A program made the translations under genes and the position numbers. The notes beneath the pieces were generated by a model. It made no database searches. It worked only from the letters and a program-made list of their open reading frames with translations, and was not told where the DNA came from. A stretch of 64,000 nt of DNA, from NCBI GenBank assembly GCA_022821275.1, contig JAJEDY010000067.1, positions 47,958 through 111,957 on the forward strand. Direction: 5' to 3'. Below, in pieces: positions 11,128 to 20,646 of the stretch (the first letter of the stretch is position 1; each line of letters opens with the position of its first letter). This DNA is from Candidatus Latescibacterota bacterium. GTDB taxonomy: Bacteria > Latescibacterota > UBA2968.

Positions 11128-12171
11128 ATGCCAGAAAAAAAAGTCCGCGTATGTGTCGTCGGTATGGGCATTGGAAAACCCAATGGCCGCGCCCTTGCGA
11201 AAAATGATCGCGGCGAAGTCGTCGCACTATGCGACCTGATCCCCGAAAGAATGGAAGAATTTGCCAGCGAACTGCCCGGCGAACAAAAATTTTACACCGA
11301 TTACAAAGAAATGTGCAAAGCCCCCGACATCGACGCGGTTTTTGTAGGCACTCCAAACCAGTGGCATGTGCCCATCGCACTCGAAGCCGTCAAAAACGAC
11401 AAACACGTCATGGTCACCAAACCGCTCTCGGACTCTGAACAGGCAGCAAAAGAACTCGTCGAAGCCGCCGAAGCATCTGGCGTCGTCAACATGATGTCGC
11501 TCTCCACCCGATTTTCCGACCAGTGCCAATACCTGGGCGACCTCGCGCGCGAAGGCTATTTTGGCGACCTTTACTATGCCCGCGCCCGCAGCGTACGCCG
11601 AAGCGGCATCCCCGCGTGGAACCTCGGATTCATCCAAAAAGGCGGCGGCGCATTCCGCGACATGGGCGTCCACGTTCTCGACGCCGTGTGGTACTTACTC
11701 GGCATGCCCAAACCCGTCACCGTCACAGGCGTGTGCGGCGCAAAATTTGGACCGCGCGGACGCGGCTACTGGGGCTTTAGACAAGTCCCGCGCAGCACCT
11801 ACGAACAATACGCCGCTGACGACTATGCTGGCGGATTCATCCGCTTTGAAAACGGCGCGGGACTCCAGGTCGAAAGCTTCTGGGCATCTCATCAGCCCAA
11901 CGAACTCCAGATCGAACTCTTTGGCGACGAAGCAGGCGCGCAATTCCGTCCGCTCAAACTCTACAAAACACAGGACGGTGTCCCGCACGACATCGCCGTC
12001 GATATTCCGCTTGCAACCCAGGCATGGGATCGCATTGCGGGCCACTTTATCGACTGCATCCTCGACGGCAAAACCTGCGAAGCACCCCTGCGCCACGGAT
12101 ATCAAGTGCAGCAAATGATGGAAGCCGTGCTCGAAAGCGGCGAAACAGGACGGGAAATTCGCATTGACTAA
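11128..12171 (+). CDS. Gfo/Idh/MocA family oxidoreductase
   Basis: VRVCVVGMGIG Rossmann motif and the VMVTKPL segment. 347 aa. Confidence 0.85.
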   Translation: MPEKKVRVCVVGMGIGKPNGRALAKNDRGEVVALCDLIPERMEEFASELPGEQKFYTDYKEMCKAPDIDAVFVGTPNQWHVPIALEAVKNDKHVMVTKPLSDSEQAAKELVEAAEASGVVNMMSLSTRFSDQCQYLGDLAREGYFGDLYYARARSVRRSGIPAWNLGFIQKGGGAFRDMGVHVLDAVWYLLGMPKPVTVTGVCGAKFGPRGRGYWGFRQVPRSTYEQYAADDYAGGFIRFENGAGLQVESFWASHQPNELQIELFGDEAGAQFRPLKLYKTQDGVPHDIAVDIPLATQAWDRIAGHFIDCILDGKTCEAPLRHGYQVQQMMEAVLESGETGREIRID

Positions 12172-12174
12172 TCC

Positions 12175-13383
12175 ATGGAGATCCCCATGACAGGCTTACA
12201 CATCACCGTCGGACAAAAAAACGCCGACATCATCGGCAATGACAACCGCGCGTTACAAGCTGCTGTCGATTACATCGCCGCACTCGGCGGAGGCACGGTT
12301 GAAATCCTATCCGGCACGTACATCATGCGCGACGCGCTCCATCTTCGCAGCAACATCACCGTCAAAGGACAGGGCGAAAATACCACATTGCGGAAAGCAG
12401 ACGGCGTTGAGACCCCACTTCTCCTCGACGGAGATTTTGGCGAAGAACAGATCACCCTTGAAAATCCCGATGGATTCAAAGTGGGCTATGGCGTCAGCAT
12501 CACAGATGATCAGGGCGGTGGATTTCACACCGCCGTCGGCACCATCCTCTGGCAAAAGGACAATACCTTTGGCGTCAATGTGCCCATGGGGGGCGATTAC
12601 CTCGTCTCTCGCAATGCGCGTGCTGCCACCACCTTCCCGGTCATCAGCGGCTACCACATCGAAAATGCCCGGATCGAAAATCTGACTGTAGATGGCAACC
12701 GCGAAAACAATCCGCACCTCAACGGTTGCCGCGGTGCCGGCATATTCCTCTACCGCGGGCATCATACCACCCTGATAGACTGCGCGATCAAAAATTATCA
12801 CGGCGATGGCATCAGCTTCCAGCAGAGCCAGTATGTCACAGTCGAAAACTGCACCTGCACGGGCAATACCCACCTGGGTCTGCACCCGGGCAGTGGCAGT
12901 CAGCACCCCATCATCCGCAACTGCCGCTCGGAAAACAACGGGCGCATTGGTCTCTTCCTGTGCTGGCGCGTCAAACACGGCGTCTTTGAAAACAATGACC
13001 TCATCGGCAATGGCGACACGGGCATCTCCATTGGCCACAAAGACACCGACAATGTGTTCTGCAATAACCGATCACTGCGCAACGGCTGTGAAGGCATACT
13101 CTTCCGCAATGAATCCGAACCCATGGGCGGGCACCGAAACACCTTTGAGAACAACCAGATCCTCGACAACGGCGACAAAAACAAAGGCTATGGCGTGCGA
13201 ATCCTGGGGGAAACCCACGACCTTACCTTCACAAATAACCGCATTGGCAATGACGAAACAGCAACACAGCGCATTGGCGTTCACATCGGTGAAAAAGCCG
13301 ACCGCATTCATCTCAACAACAACGACCTGTCGGGCAATCTCGACGCCGAAATCGAAGACACACGACAAGTCGTTTCAGTCTAA
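12175..13383 (+). CDS. Right-handed parallel beta-helix repeat protein (pectate-lyase-fold, GH28/PL-like), no signal peptide
   Basis: Repeated NxxGxGI / asparagine-ladder segments (NNRIGNDE, NNDLIGNGDTGISIGH, GNTHLGLHPG). Start may instead be 12187 (MTGLHI), which has a GGAG ribosome-binding site. Confidence 0.65.
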   Translation: MEIPMTGLHITVGQKNADIIGNDNRALQAAVDYIAALGGGTVEILSGTYIMRDALHLRSNITVKGQGENTTLRKADGVETPLLLDGDFGEEQITLENPDGFKVGYGVSITDDQGGGFHTAVGTILWQKDNTFGVNVPMGGDYLVSRNARAATTFPVISGYHIENARIENLTVDGNRENNPHLNGCRGAGIFLYRGHHTTLIDCAIKNYHGDGISFQQSQYVTVENCTCTGNTHLGLHPGSGSQHPIIRNCRSENNGRIGLFLCWRVKHGVFENNDLIGNGDTGISIGHKDTDNVFCNNRSLRNGCEGILFRNESEPMGGHRNTFENNQILDNGDKNKGYGVRILGETHDLTFTNNRIGNDETATQRIGVHIGEKADRIHLNNNDLSGNLDAEIEDTRQVVSV

Positions 13384-13497
13384 ACAAAATTGACTTTTTG
13401 CTGTGATCGCATATTTTGTTCACGACATTGAACATGATGAACAGAAGCGTTCGCTTTCGCAAAACCTCTCGCAGTAGCACAGATCGATAAGGGTCCC

Positions 13498-15120
13498 ATG
13501 CAAGGTGTACCAATAAATATTGATAACCTGATCCACGCCAGATCGGTTGAAGACAACCGCAGAGAGTTCAAAGCGACCTGGAATGATGCCGTAAAGGAAT
13601 CGGTAGTTCGGAGCGTGTGTGCATTTGCTAATGACTTACTAAATCTAAACGGCGGGTACGTCATCCTGGGCATCGACACAGATGAACAGGGCCGTCCTAT
13701 ATTGCACCCGCGTGGTCTCGGTCATCTCGATCTCGATCATATCCAAAGAGAGATATACGGACAGTGTAATCGCATTGATCCCATGTACCAGCCACTCGTA
13801 TTCCCCGAGACATACCGAGGTGAGACAATACTGATTATTTGGGCACCCGGCGGCGATAATCGGCCCTATCAAGCTCCGAAACGCGGACGCGGTGGCGAAC
13901 GGGAATACTATGTGCGGCAAGGCTCCAGCACTGTTGAGGCGAGAGGCGAAATACGCACCCAACTCATAGAGCAAACAGCACGGATACCATTCGACGACCG
14001 GCGCAGCCTAATTGCCAAAGTCGAGGACATATCTCCTACGCTGGTCCGCCGATTTCTTTCGGATGTACGAAGCGATTTGATACAGACCGGAACGAATGTC
14101 GCAGATAGCGACCTGTATCAGCGGATGCGAATCGTCGTCCGCCTCAATGATCACTACGCGCCGCGCAACGCAGCCATCCTGTTCTTCAACGAGACCCCGG
14201 ACAGTTTCTTTGACGGTGCGCGAATCGAGATTGTGCAGTTCGGTGACGATGCGGGAGGCGATTTAATCGAAGAGAGAACCATTACCGGACCGCTCAACGA
14301 ACAGATCAAACTCACTTTAGACTACCTCAATTCACTCACAGACGTTATGCTAAAAAAACGACCGCGAGAGGCCGAAGTAGATCGCGCGGTCACATATCCC
14401 TACGAGGCGATGGAGGAAGCGGTCGTCAACGCCGTATATCATCGTTCTTATGACAACCTGCGCGAACCCACGAAGATATATCTATACCCGGATCGCATGG
14501 AGATCATCAGTTATCCGGGGCCGCTGCAAGGCATTGAGGCACATCATCTCGTTCGGGATGGTGTTGTACCTCCCGTACCTGCGCGAAATCGACGAATAGG
14601 TGAGTTTTTAAAAGAATTGAGACTGGCCGAAGGGCGGGGAACAGGACTGCCCAAAATTCGTCGTCGGATGGCAGAAAATGGGTCTCCAGAACCGCTATTC
14701 GACTACGATGAAGGGCGGACGTATTTTCGCGTTATCCTGCCTGCTCATCCGCGTTACAAGGTTATTCATGCGTTGAGAGAAAGCGCGTTGCTGTGGTCAA
14801 CAGGCGAGCGTGACGCGGCACTTTCACATTTGAAAAGAGCCTTTGATACCCAGCCGAGTTCGGGCGCATTGGCAAGCCAACTCATAGACTATCTGATAAC
14901 GATGGATGACCTCGCAACAGCGGAACGCGTTTTTACGCAGTTTGATTCTCAGCCCTTGAAGGCCGAAACCGCCCAGCCATACCTGGTGTATGCGGCAGCG
15001 TTACTCGACAGAAACCAACCCCAAAAAGCACGTAGAGTTTTAGATATGATGCTGTTATCCGGCGCATCAGAAAACACACTTGAAACAGCAAGACTCCGGA
15101 AGCGGTTGGACGAGTTTTGA
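13498..15120 (+). CDS. Schlafen-like AlbA_2 domain + HATPase_c_4 (RecG-C-terminal-like) protein with a TPR-like helical tail
   Basis: AlbA_2 signature ...SVCAFANDLLNLNGGYVILGIDTDEQG.... HATPase_c_4 signature ...AVVNAVYHRSYD...EIISYPGPL...RNRRIGEFLKELRLAEGRGTGLPKI. The C-terminal ~120 aa are helical repeats. The flanks are AT-rich and a terminator follows. Confidence 0.75.
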   Translation: MQGVPINIDNLIHARSVEDNRREFKATWNDAVKESVVRSVCAFANDLLNLNGGYVILGIDTDEQGRPILHPRGLGHLDLDHIQREIYGQCNRIDPMYQPLVFPETYRGETILIIWAPGGDNRPYQAPKRGRGGEREYYVRQGSSTVEARGEIRTQLIEQTARIPFDDRRSLIAKVEDISPTLVRRFLSDVRSDLIQTGTNVADSDLYQRMRIVVRLNDHYAPRNAAILFFNETPDSFFDGARIEIVQFGDDAGGDLIEERTITGPLNEQIKLTLDYLNSLTDVMLKKRPREAEVDRAVTYPYEAMEEAVVNAVYHRSYDNLREPTKIYLYPDRMEIISYPGPLQGIEAHHLVRDGVVPPVPARNRRIGEFLKELRLAEGRGTGLPKIRRRMAENGSPEPLFDYDEGRTYFRVILPAHPRYKVIHALRESALLWSTGERDAALSHLKRAFDTQPSSGALASQLIDYLITMDDLATAERVFTQFDSQPLKAETAQPYLVYAAALLDRNQPQKARRVLDMMLLSGASENTLETARLRKRLDEF

Positions 15121-15246
15121 CAGGGAAATAATAGAGGATATCTACAGAATGATTGACCAGTGGTTGATGCAGAAGGGTATCATCCCTCATTAGATGAGGA
15201 AAAATATTGAATATCGACTCGGGGACATTCTAAATGCCAAATAAAG

Positions 15247-15281
15247 AAGCCCTCCTGCGAAGAACAGGAGGGCTTTTGTTC
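15247..15281. terminator. Rho-independent terminator, likely bidirectional
   Basis: AAGCCCTCCTG / CAGGAGGGCTT stem with a 7-nt loop. T-rich runs on both strands. It lies between convergent genes. Confidence 0.7.
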
Positions 15282-15303
15282 TAAAAAACTGTCCACTTTA
15301 CCG

Positions 15304-16816
15304 TCAACATCCCTCACGCGGTATTTCACTATACCAGTCGCGATGAAAAATCGCTTTTTCACCTTCATGAACCACAACTTTATTCGTCAGATAAAACAGT
15401 CTCTCATCACAGCGCATGTCACTCTGCGTCTCTACCCGGACACGCCATGCGCCTCTAACGAGCGCAATTTCCCGCTCACACTTTGCGGTCGCTGAAAGTG
15501 GATCCTCCATTTTGATTTCCCACTGATCCTTCGCCCGCTCATCTAACTCAAGCCCATCCTCAAACCGCAAACGCCCGCCATCCGTCAAAACTTCATAAAT
15601 CAGTTTTTCATCAACCGCATGCCAATGTCCAGCGGGAAACTGCCCTGACTTGCGAAGCACGCTGTGTTTCAGTTCAGAGGCACCTTCGGGTTCACCATAA
15701 GGTGTTTTCAGAGCTTGACCAGACCATATAGGCAAACGCAAACACCCACCATTCAGTCGCAAAGTCACCGGCTCAGGTGACGGCCATGCCTGGGGCCAAT
15801 ACGCGGGCGATAAAGATACGCGCAGTGCATTCCCTTCAGATATGCGACAGCCAATGGCATTGAGCCTCACAGTGACATCCAATATCTCGTCGGGTTTGAG
15901 ATATCTGACCACCTCGTGCGTTTCGCCGTGCGCCAGATTGAGCAACCCCCAGCTCAAAAGTGCTGACGTGCCGCCTGGGAAAACCTCACACAATCTCACG
16001 GATATGAGTGCGCGTTCCCTATTCGCAGACAAGCGCATAGACACCTCGGGAAAACCCAGAATATCGAGCGATTCCTCTAAAGGTCGCGATGTGAAAGTCA
16101 CGGACCGCCCATCTTCTGCACGCTGATCCGGCGGATAATCACCTATGACACCCATCGGACACCAATTTCCAGAATCCTGTCCGTGTGCCAGCGTTCCAGA
16201 AATAACCATATCGCCCACCTGCCTGGCTTCTTCGCCAAGTGATCCGTCCATGCCCAACGGATATTCGCACAATTTACCACAGGGCCAGATAGGCTCTTCT
16301 ATCCAGAACCCCGGCCAGGTCTTGTGATTGGCGGCTGGCTTTTTACTCTCCTGCATCCACACGCGCAAAGCAGGCTCCTCCATAATGCCAGTATCTATAC
16401 CCTTCAACCAGTAATCCCACCACCGCAAACATTCCTGCAAAAACCCAATCGCAGGACCGGGAGTCCCTCGTTCGGGAATTGGTGTGCCCAGGGGCCAATC
16501 AGCCCTTTTTTCGGGCAGGACAATCCTTCGAGCAATCGGGGAATCGCGTTGGTATAGCCATATCGCCACTCCCCCGCATATCCACGCGAATTGAGGCATA
16601 TCCATGACCGGCAAAATAGGGATGATGCACCGAATCCCGCACAGCAGTACCATCGCTTTTGCGGTACGGCAAATATTCCAGAATACCCGGCACGGGATTT
16701 TGTTCTGCATCTTCTGGCAACCAGATACGCGCGGCCAATCGCGTGCCATCTGACAGTGGAATCCAGACATGCTCAATCTCCCGAACAGGTCGGGGAAATT
16801 CGGTAATCACGCGCAT
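15304..16816 (-). pseudogene. CocE/NonD family (S15 X-Pro dipeptidyl-peptidase-like) hydrolase, disrupted by a frameshift and apparently missing its catalytic core
   Basis: The N-terminal ~85 aa (MRVITEFPRPVREIEHVWIPLSDGTRLAARIWLP...YASIRVDMRGSGD) are in one frame and end at 16499. Homology resumes in another frame at the post-catalytic WWDYWLKGIDTGIMEEPALRVWMQE motif only ~50 codons later. No GxSxG nucleophile elbow is present in either frame. Confidence 0.7.
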
Positions 16817-16827
16817 AAATATCACCC

Positions 16828-18321
16828 CTACAAATCGACAACTCGGGGTTTTGGCTGGCTTTTGCGCCCGTGCAAATACGCGTCGTTTTCCGAAGGCCAG
16901 CGCATGCGGTATTGCTTGCTGCGCTGACGTTTGTATCCGGCATTGTAATAATTGCTCGTCGCCATCCAACTGAGCAAATCCGCGAACATCTCGCCTTTCA
17001 CATCGGCGTATTCAGACCTATCCCACACATTCCACAACTCTCCGGGATCGCGGTTTAAATCATACAACTCGCCTTCTGCTTGCCCGATATAATACACCAT
17101 CTTATGGGTCTGTGACCGCATCATAATCTGATAGTTATCCTCGCAAAAAACGTATTTCCGAGGCACGGGCGTCTCTCCATTCAAATACGGCATCAAAGAG
17201 CGACCCTCCAAATAGGTTGGAACAGCTACCCCCGCAGCCTCTAAAATCGTCGGACCCAAATCCATAAGCGAAACCAGATCGCGCGTTTCGCCGGGTTGAT
17301 CAACAGATTGCGGCGTGCGAATCATCAGCGGAATATGAACAATCGGATCGTACATCAACCACTTATACGCCAACCCGTGATCGCCCAGCATCTCGCCGTG
17401 ATCGGAACAAAAAATCAACAAACTATTCTCCAACCACCCCCGCGCTTGCAGGGCGTCCATAATCTCGCCCAGCTTTTCATCAACCGTCGAAATATTCCCG
17501 TAATAATGCCGCTTCATCTCGGCGAGTTCATCATCTGTGCGCCCGCGCAAATTGATTTGCGACTCGTGATCAGTCGTCGCGTGCATATCCAGATGCGCCG
17601 CATGTTGCGGTGGCTTCTCTTCCAACTCCCCATCCCGCTTCACACACGGCGGCATCTCCCGATCGCGATACAGATCCAGATGCCGCGGCAAGGGATCCCA
17701 GGGTTCATGAGGTCCCGTAAATCCAACCTGGAGAAACAGCGGATTATCTCCCCGGTGATTGCGGATCCAGTTCAACGCGGAATCTCCGATAAACACATCG
17801 CTGTGAAATCGCTCCTCCTCGTGCCACACAACCCCCTGACACTTATTGAGCCATTCGGAATCGAACTTATTGCGATCATTGGGCCGCTTCACATTGTGAA
17901 ACGTCATATACCTGCCCCAATCGTCATCAGCCCCACCACTGTCCAGCGCCTTATTCGTGGGATTTTCTACAATAACGCGCTCGTGAAATCCACCCGGAAC
18001 ATCGCGCGGCGTCATGTGCATCTTGCCGATATTCACGCAATAGTAGCCCGCATCCGACAAATCCTGCACCCAGTTGCGGTGATTCGCCCAGTGATCAAAA
18101 CTATAAACGCCCGTCGTATGCGGGTACATACCCGTAAAAATCGCCGCCCGCGACGCCACGCAGGTCGCCCCGGGACAATACGCCTGGCGAAACGACACAC
18201 TCTCACGCGCGAGCCGATCCAGCGTGGGCGTCACCATATAATCATATCCCCAGGCGTGAATGGTATCAAAACGCTGCTGATCGGTAATCACAAAAATAAT
18301 ATGGGGCCTGCCATTAAACAT
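16828..18321 (-). CDS. Sulfatase (type I, formylglycine-dependent family) with a C-V-A-S-R variant motif; no signal peptide
   Basis: N-terminal IIFVITDQQRFD, the motif ATCVASRAAIFTG (a (C/S)x(P/A)xR variant), and C-terminal sulfatase-domain features. 497 aa. Confidence 0.8.
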   Translation of the reverse strand: MFNGRPHIIFVITDQQRFDTIHAWGYDYMVTPTLDRLARESVSFRQAYCPGATCVASRAAIFTGMYPHTTGVYSFDHWANHRNWVQDLSDAGYYCVNIGKMHMTPRDVPGGFHERVIVENPTNKALDSGGADDDWGRYMTFHNVKRPNDRNKFDSEWLNKCQGVVWHEEERFHSDVFIGDSALNWIRNHRGDNPLFLQVGFTGPHEPWDPLPRHLDLYRDREMPPCVKRDGELEEKPPQHAAHLDMHATTDHESQINLRGRTDDELAEMKRHYYGNISTVDEKLGEIMDALQARGWLENSLLIFCSDHGEMLGDHGLAYKWLMYDPIVHIPLMIRTPQSVDQPGETRDLVSLMDLGPTILEAAGVAVPTYLEGRSLMPYLNGETPVPRKYVFCEDNYQIMMRSQTHKMVYYIGQAEGELYDLNRDPGELWNVWDRSEYADVKGEMFADLLSWMATSNYYNAGYKRQRSKQYRMRWPSENDAYLHGRKSQPKPRVVDL

Positions 18322-18354
18322 AATTTCTCCTCAAGCGATAATTTGATCAATATG

Positions 18355-18573
18355 CTACAAATCCTCCCAAATTTCTCGGCTGACATTCGCTTGCTGCAAA
18401 ATCCTGTGCAAAAGCCCACGCCCAATATCACCTTGATGCGGATTGGGAATGGCAAGACGTTTTGTTTCTCGAATCATATAATGATGCTTGCCTCCAGGAT
18501 ACGGCCCTTCAAATCCCAATTGTCTCAAATAGCGAATTAGATCGCGGCGACTAATTGGTCCAAATTTGGGCAT
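18355..18573 (-). CDS. hicA: HicA family mRNA-interferase toxin (type II TA)
   Basis: MPKFGPISRRDLIRYLRQLGFEGPYPGGKHHYMI... matches the HicA/YcfA-like fold. Its start overlaps the hicB stop as TAATG. Confidence 0.7.
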   Translation of the reverse strand: MPKFGPISRRDLIRYLRQLGFEGPYPGGKHHYMIRETKRLAIPNPHQGDIGRGLLHRILQQANVSREIWEDL

Positions 18574-18815
18574 TAAACGGGCTCCAATACAGTATCCAAA
18601 CGCACCCCATCTACCTCCGGAAGTGGATGCCCCATCCTCAAACCGAGAATGATCCAACCCTCGAGCACGGATTGCAATTCCTCACGACACATTTCTAAGG
18701 TATTTGCATTGGCATACACACCTTGAAAGCCTGCAATTTCTCCATAAAACGTTTGATCATCAAGGATCTCGTATTTCGCGTGTTTCATAGCGGATTGAAT
18801 ATATGTAGTTAGCAT
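18573..18815 (-). CDS. hicB: HicB family antitoxin (UPF0150-like)
   Basis: MLTTYIQSAMKHAKYEILDDQTFYGEIAGFQGVYANANTLEMCREELQSVLEGWIILGL is the typical HicB N-terminal domain. It is translationally coupled to hicA. Confidence 0.7.
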   Translation of the reverse strand: MLTTYIQSAMKHAKYEILDDQTFYGEIAGFQGVYANANTLEMCREELQSVLEGWIILGLRMGHPLPEVDGVRLDTVLEPV

Positions 18816-18866
18816 AGAACCCTCACTTGATCATCGTAATACTCACCCTCAAACACTATGTCCATC

Positions 18867-20264
18867 TCAATTCCCCAGCGCAAAATGCGCCCCTGACAAA
18901 ACCTGTGACGAAGCCACGCGATCGAGAATCCGCAGACGCAATTGATTCTCAACCTCGACCATCTCGGGCAAACCCGCGAGATTATTCACCTCATCGGGAT
19001 CTTCTTGCACATCGAAAAGCAAATAGGGCTGCCCTTCGCGATTCAACACGATTTTCCATTCGCGATTCAACAACATAATTTCCCCGCCGTATTCCGATAT
19101 CGCTTCTGTGCGGTGTTCTCGCGTCGGATCTTCCAGAACGGGACAGGCCGATTTGGCAAACTGTCTGAAATGCAGTTCACCACCTGCAAGCTCAACCAGC
19201 GTCGGTCCCACATCAAACCACTCAATCGGACTGTCGCACACAGAACCAGCGACATCACCACTCGCCGTCTCGGGCGTGCGAATCAACAGAGGAACCCGCA
19301 CCGCGCCATTTAAAAGATTGCTCTTATAAATAAAACCGTAATCGCCATTCATTTCACCGTGATCCGACATCAGCACAACGACCGTATTATCCATCTCGCC
19401 GCGCTTTTCAATCGCATCGAAAATCTCGCCAATCTGATCGTCAATCAACGTGACATTGCCCGCGTAATTTGCGCGCAACAATTTCTCTTCCCCAGGTTCA
19501 AACGGTATCTTTTGCTTCGCGTCTAACAAACCCTGTGGGCGCTCGCGATCATCATCTATCGGCACAACAGGATCGGGCATATCCTCCGGATTATACCGGC
19601 TATAATGGGGTTCTGGCGTATCCCACGGTTCGTGCGGCCCGCCAAAACTCACCCAGCAAAACCAGGGCTGATCGCGGTCATATCCCGCCAGGTACTTCTT
19701 CGCCTGCTGCCCCACATACACATCTGCATAATCTTCAAAAGGCAGGGTCGAAGGTCGCGTCACCCAGGGTTTATTGCTAAAACGCTCATCGAAATCTGCC
19801 TTATATGCTGCCCACAACCCCTTCTCTTCCCACATCGCCGTCATATACGACAAACACCGCGCGCTCGCCCTCGGCCCGCCAATTTCATCCACATCATCAA
19901 GCCCATAACTGTGCATCAAATGCTCGCGATCCCTCAAATCGCCCCCGTGCGGATGCAAATGCGTCTTGCCAAACAGACTCGTGCGATACCCCGCATCGCG
20001 CACCGCCTGCATCCACGTTGGACAATCTGGCGACAACGTGTGATTCTGATTATCCCACACGCCCGTATTGTGCGGATAGTGCCCGGTAGCCAGACTCAAC
20101 CGCGTTGGAATACACACCGGCGAATTACTCACACAATTTGAAAATCGCACACCCTCTGCTGCAATGCGATCCATATTGGGCGTCTCCAGCCAATCGCTCA
20201 CGCAACTCAGCGCATCCCACCGCTGCTGATCGGTCATAATCATCAAAATATTCGGTTTACTCAT
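18867..20264 (-). CDS. Sulfatase (type I), canonical C-I-P-T-R motif; no signal peptide
   Basis: MSKPNILMIMTDQQRWD... and SPVCIPTRLSLATGHYPHNTG. 465 aa. Confidence 0.85.
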   Translation of the reverse strand: MSKPNILMIMTDQQRWDALSCVSDWLETPNMDRIAAEGVRFSNCVSNSPVCIPTRLSLATGHYPHNTGVWDNQNHTLSPDCPTWMQAVRDAGYRTSLFGKTHLHPHGGDLRDREHLMHSYGLDDVDEIGGPRASARCLSYMTAMWEEKGLWAAYKADFDERFSNKPWVTRPSTLPFEDYADVYVGQQAKKYLAGYDRDQPWFCWVSFGGPHEPWDTPEPHYSRYNPEDMPDPVVPIDDDRERPQGLLDAKQKIPFEPGEEKLLRANYAGNVTLIDDQIGEIFDAIEKRGEMDNTVVVLMSDHGEMNGDYGFIYKSNLLNGAVRVPLLIRTPETASGDVAGSVCDSPIEWFDVGPTLVELAGGELHFRQFAKSACPVLEDPTREHRTEAISEYGGEIMLLNREWKIVLNREGQPYLLFDVQEDPDEVNNLAGLPEMVEVENQLRLRILDRVASSQVLSGAHFALGN

Positions 20265-20342
20265 GTATTATCCTTTCAAAATTTGTCTTTGGGAACTATC
20301 TCGCCCAATATAAAAGCCCACAGTCAAATAGGCAAACCGTTC

Positions 20343-20513
20343 TTAAGAATCCGTATCGGCATCTCGATTCGCCTGCTGCAACAACAAAATAATCTGATCT
20401 AACCGCTTCATAAATCCATAGAGAAAGGCAAAAATCGTACACCACAATCCCACGATAAAAAGTCCTCCGGTAATCGCCATCAAAATCAAATCATAGCGCG
20501 TAAATTCTGGCAT
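20343..20513 (-). CDS. Small (56 aa) hydrophobic membrane protein, unannotated in the ORF track
   Basis: Hand translation gives MPEFTRYDLILMAITGGLFIVGLWCTIFAFLYGFMKRLDQIILLLQQANRDADTDS. An AGGAGG ribosome-binding site lies just upstream. Confidence 0.35.
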   Translation of the reverse strand: MPEFTRYDLILMAITGGLFIVGLWCTIFAFLYGFMKRLDQIILLLQQANRDADTDS

Positions 20514-20646
20514 CTTTCCTCCTTAAAATAGGGTATGCTTACTTGCTCGCTTGCTATTCTAATTCAATTGCCTTATGTTCCAATATCATGAGGAACAAAC
20601 ATTTATCTAAAATAGTCAAAAATAAAACAGCTCAAAGGACAGTATC

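Noticed and set aside
11227-13368. Minus-strand ORFs 11227..11673, 11695..12114, 12307..13038 and 13072..13368
   Set aside because: They are Ala/Val/Asp-rich antisense frames inside the Gfo/Idh/MocA and beta-helix genes.
15304-16969. ORFs 16499..16969 and 15304..16776 as two independent genes
   Set aside because: They are the two frames of a single CocE/NonD homologue, which is called here as one pseudogene.
17296-18540. 414-aa plus-strand ORF
   Set aside because: It is antisense to the sulfatase and hicA genes. It has an R/H/I-rich low-complexity composition typical of a reverse-frame artefact in GC-rich DNA.
19605-20141. 178-aa plus-strand ORF
   Set aside because: It is antisense to the second sulfatase gene.
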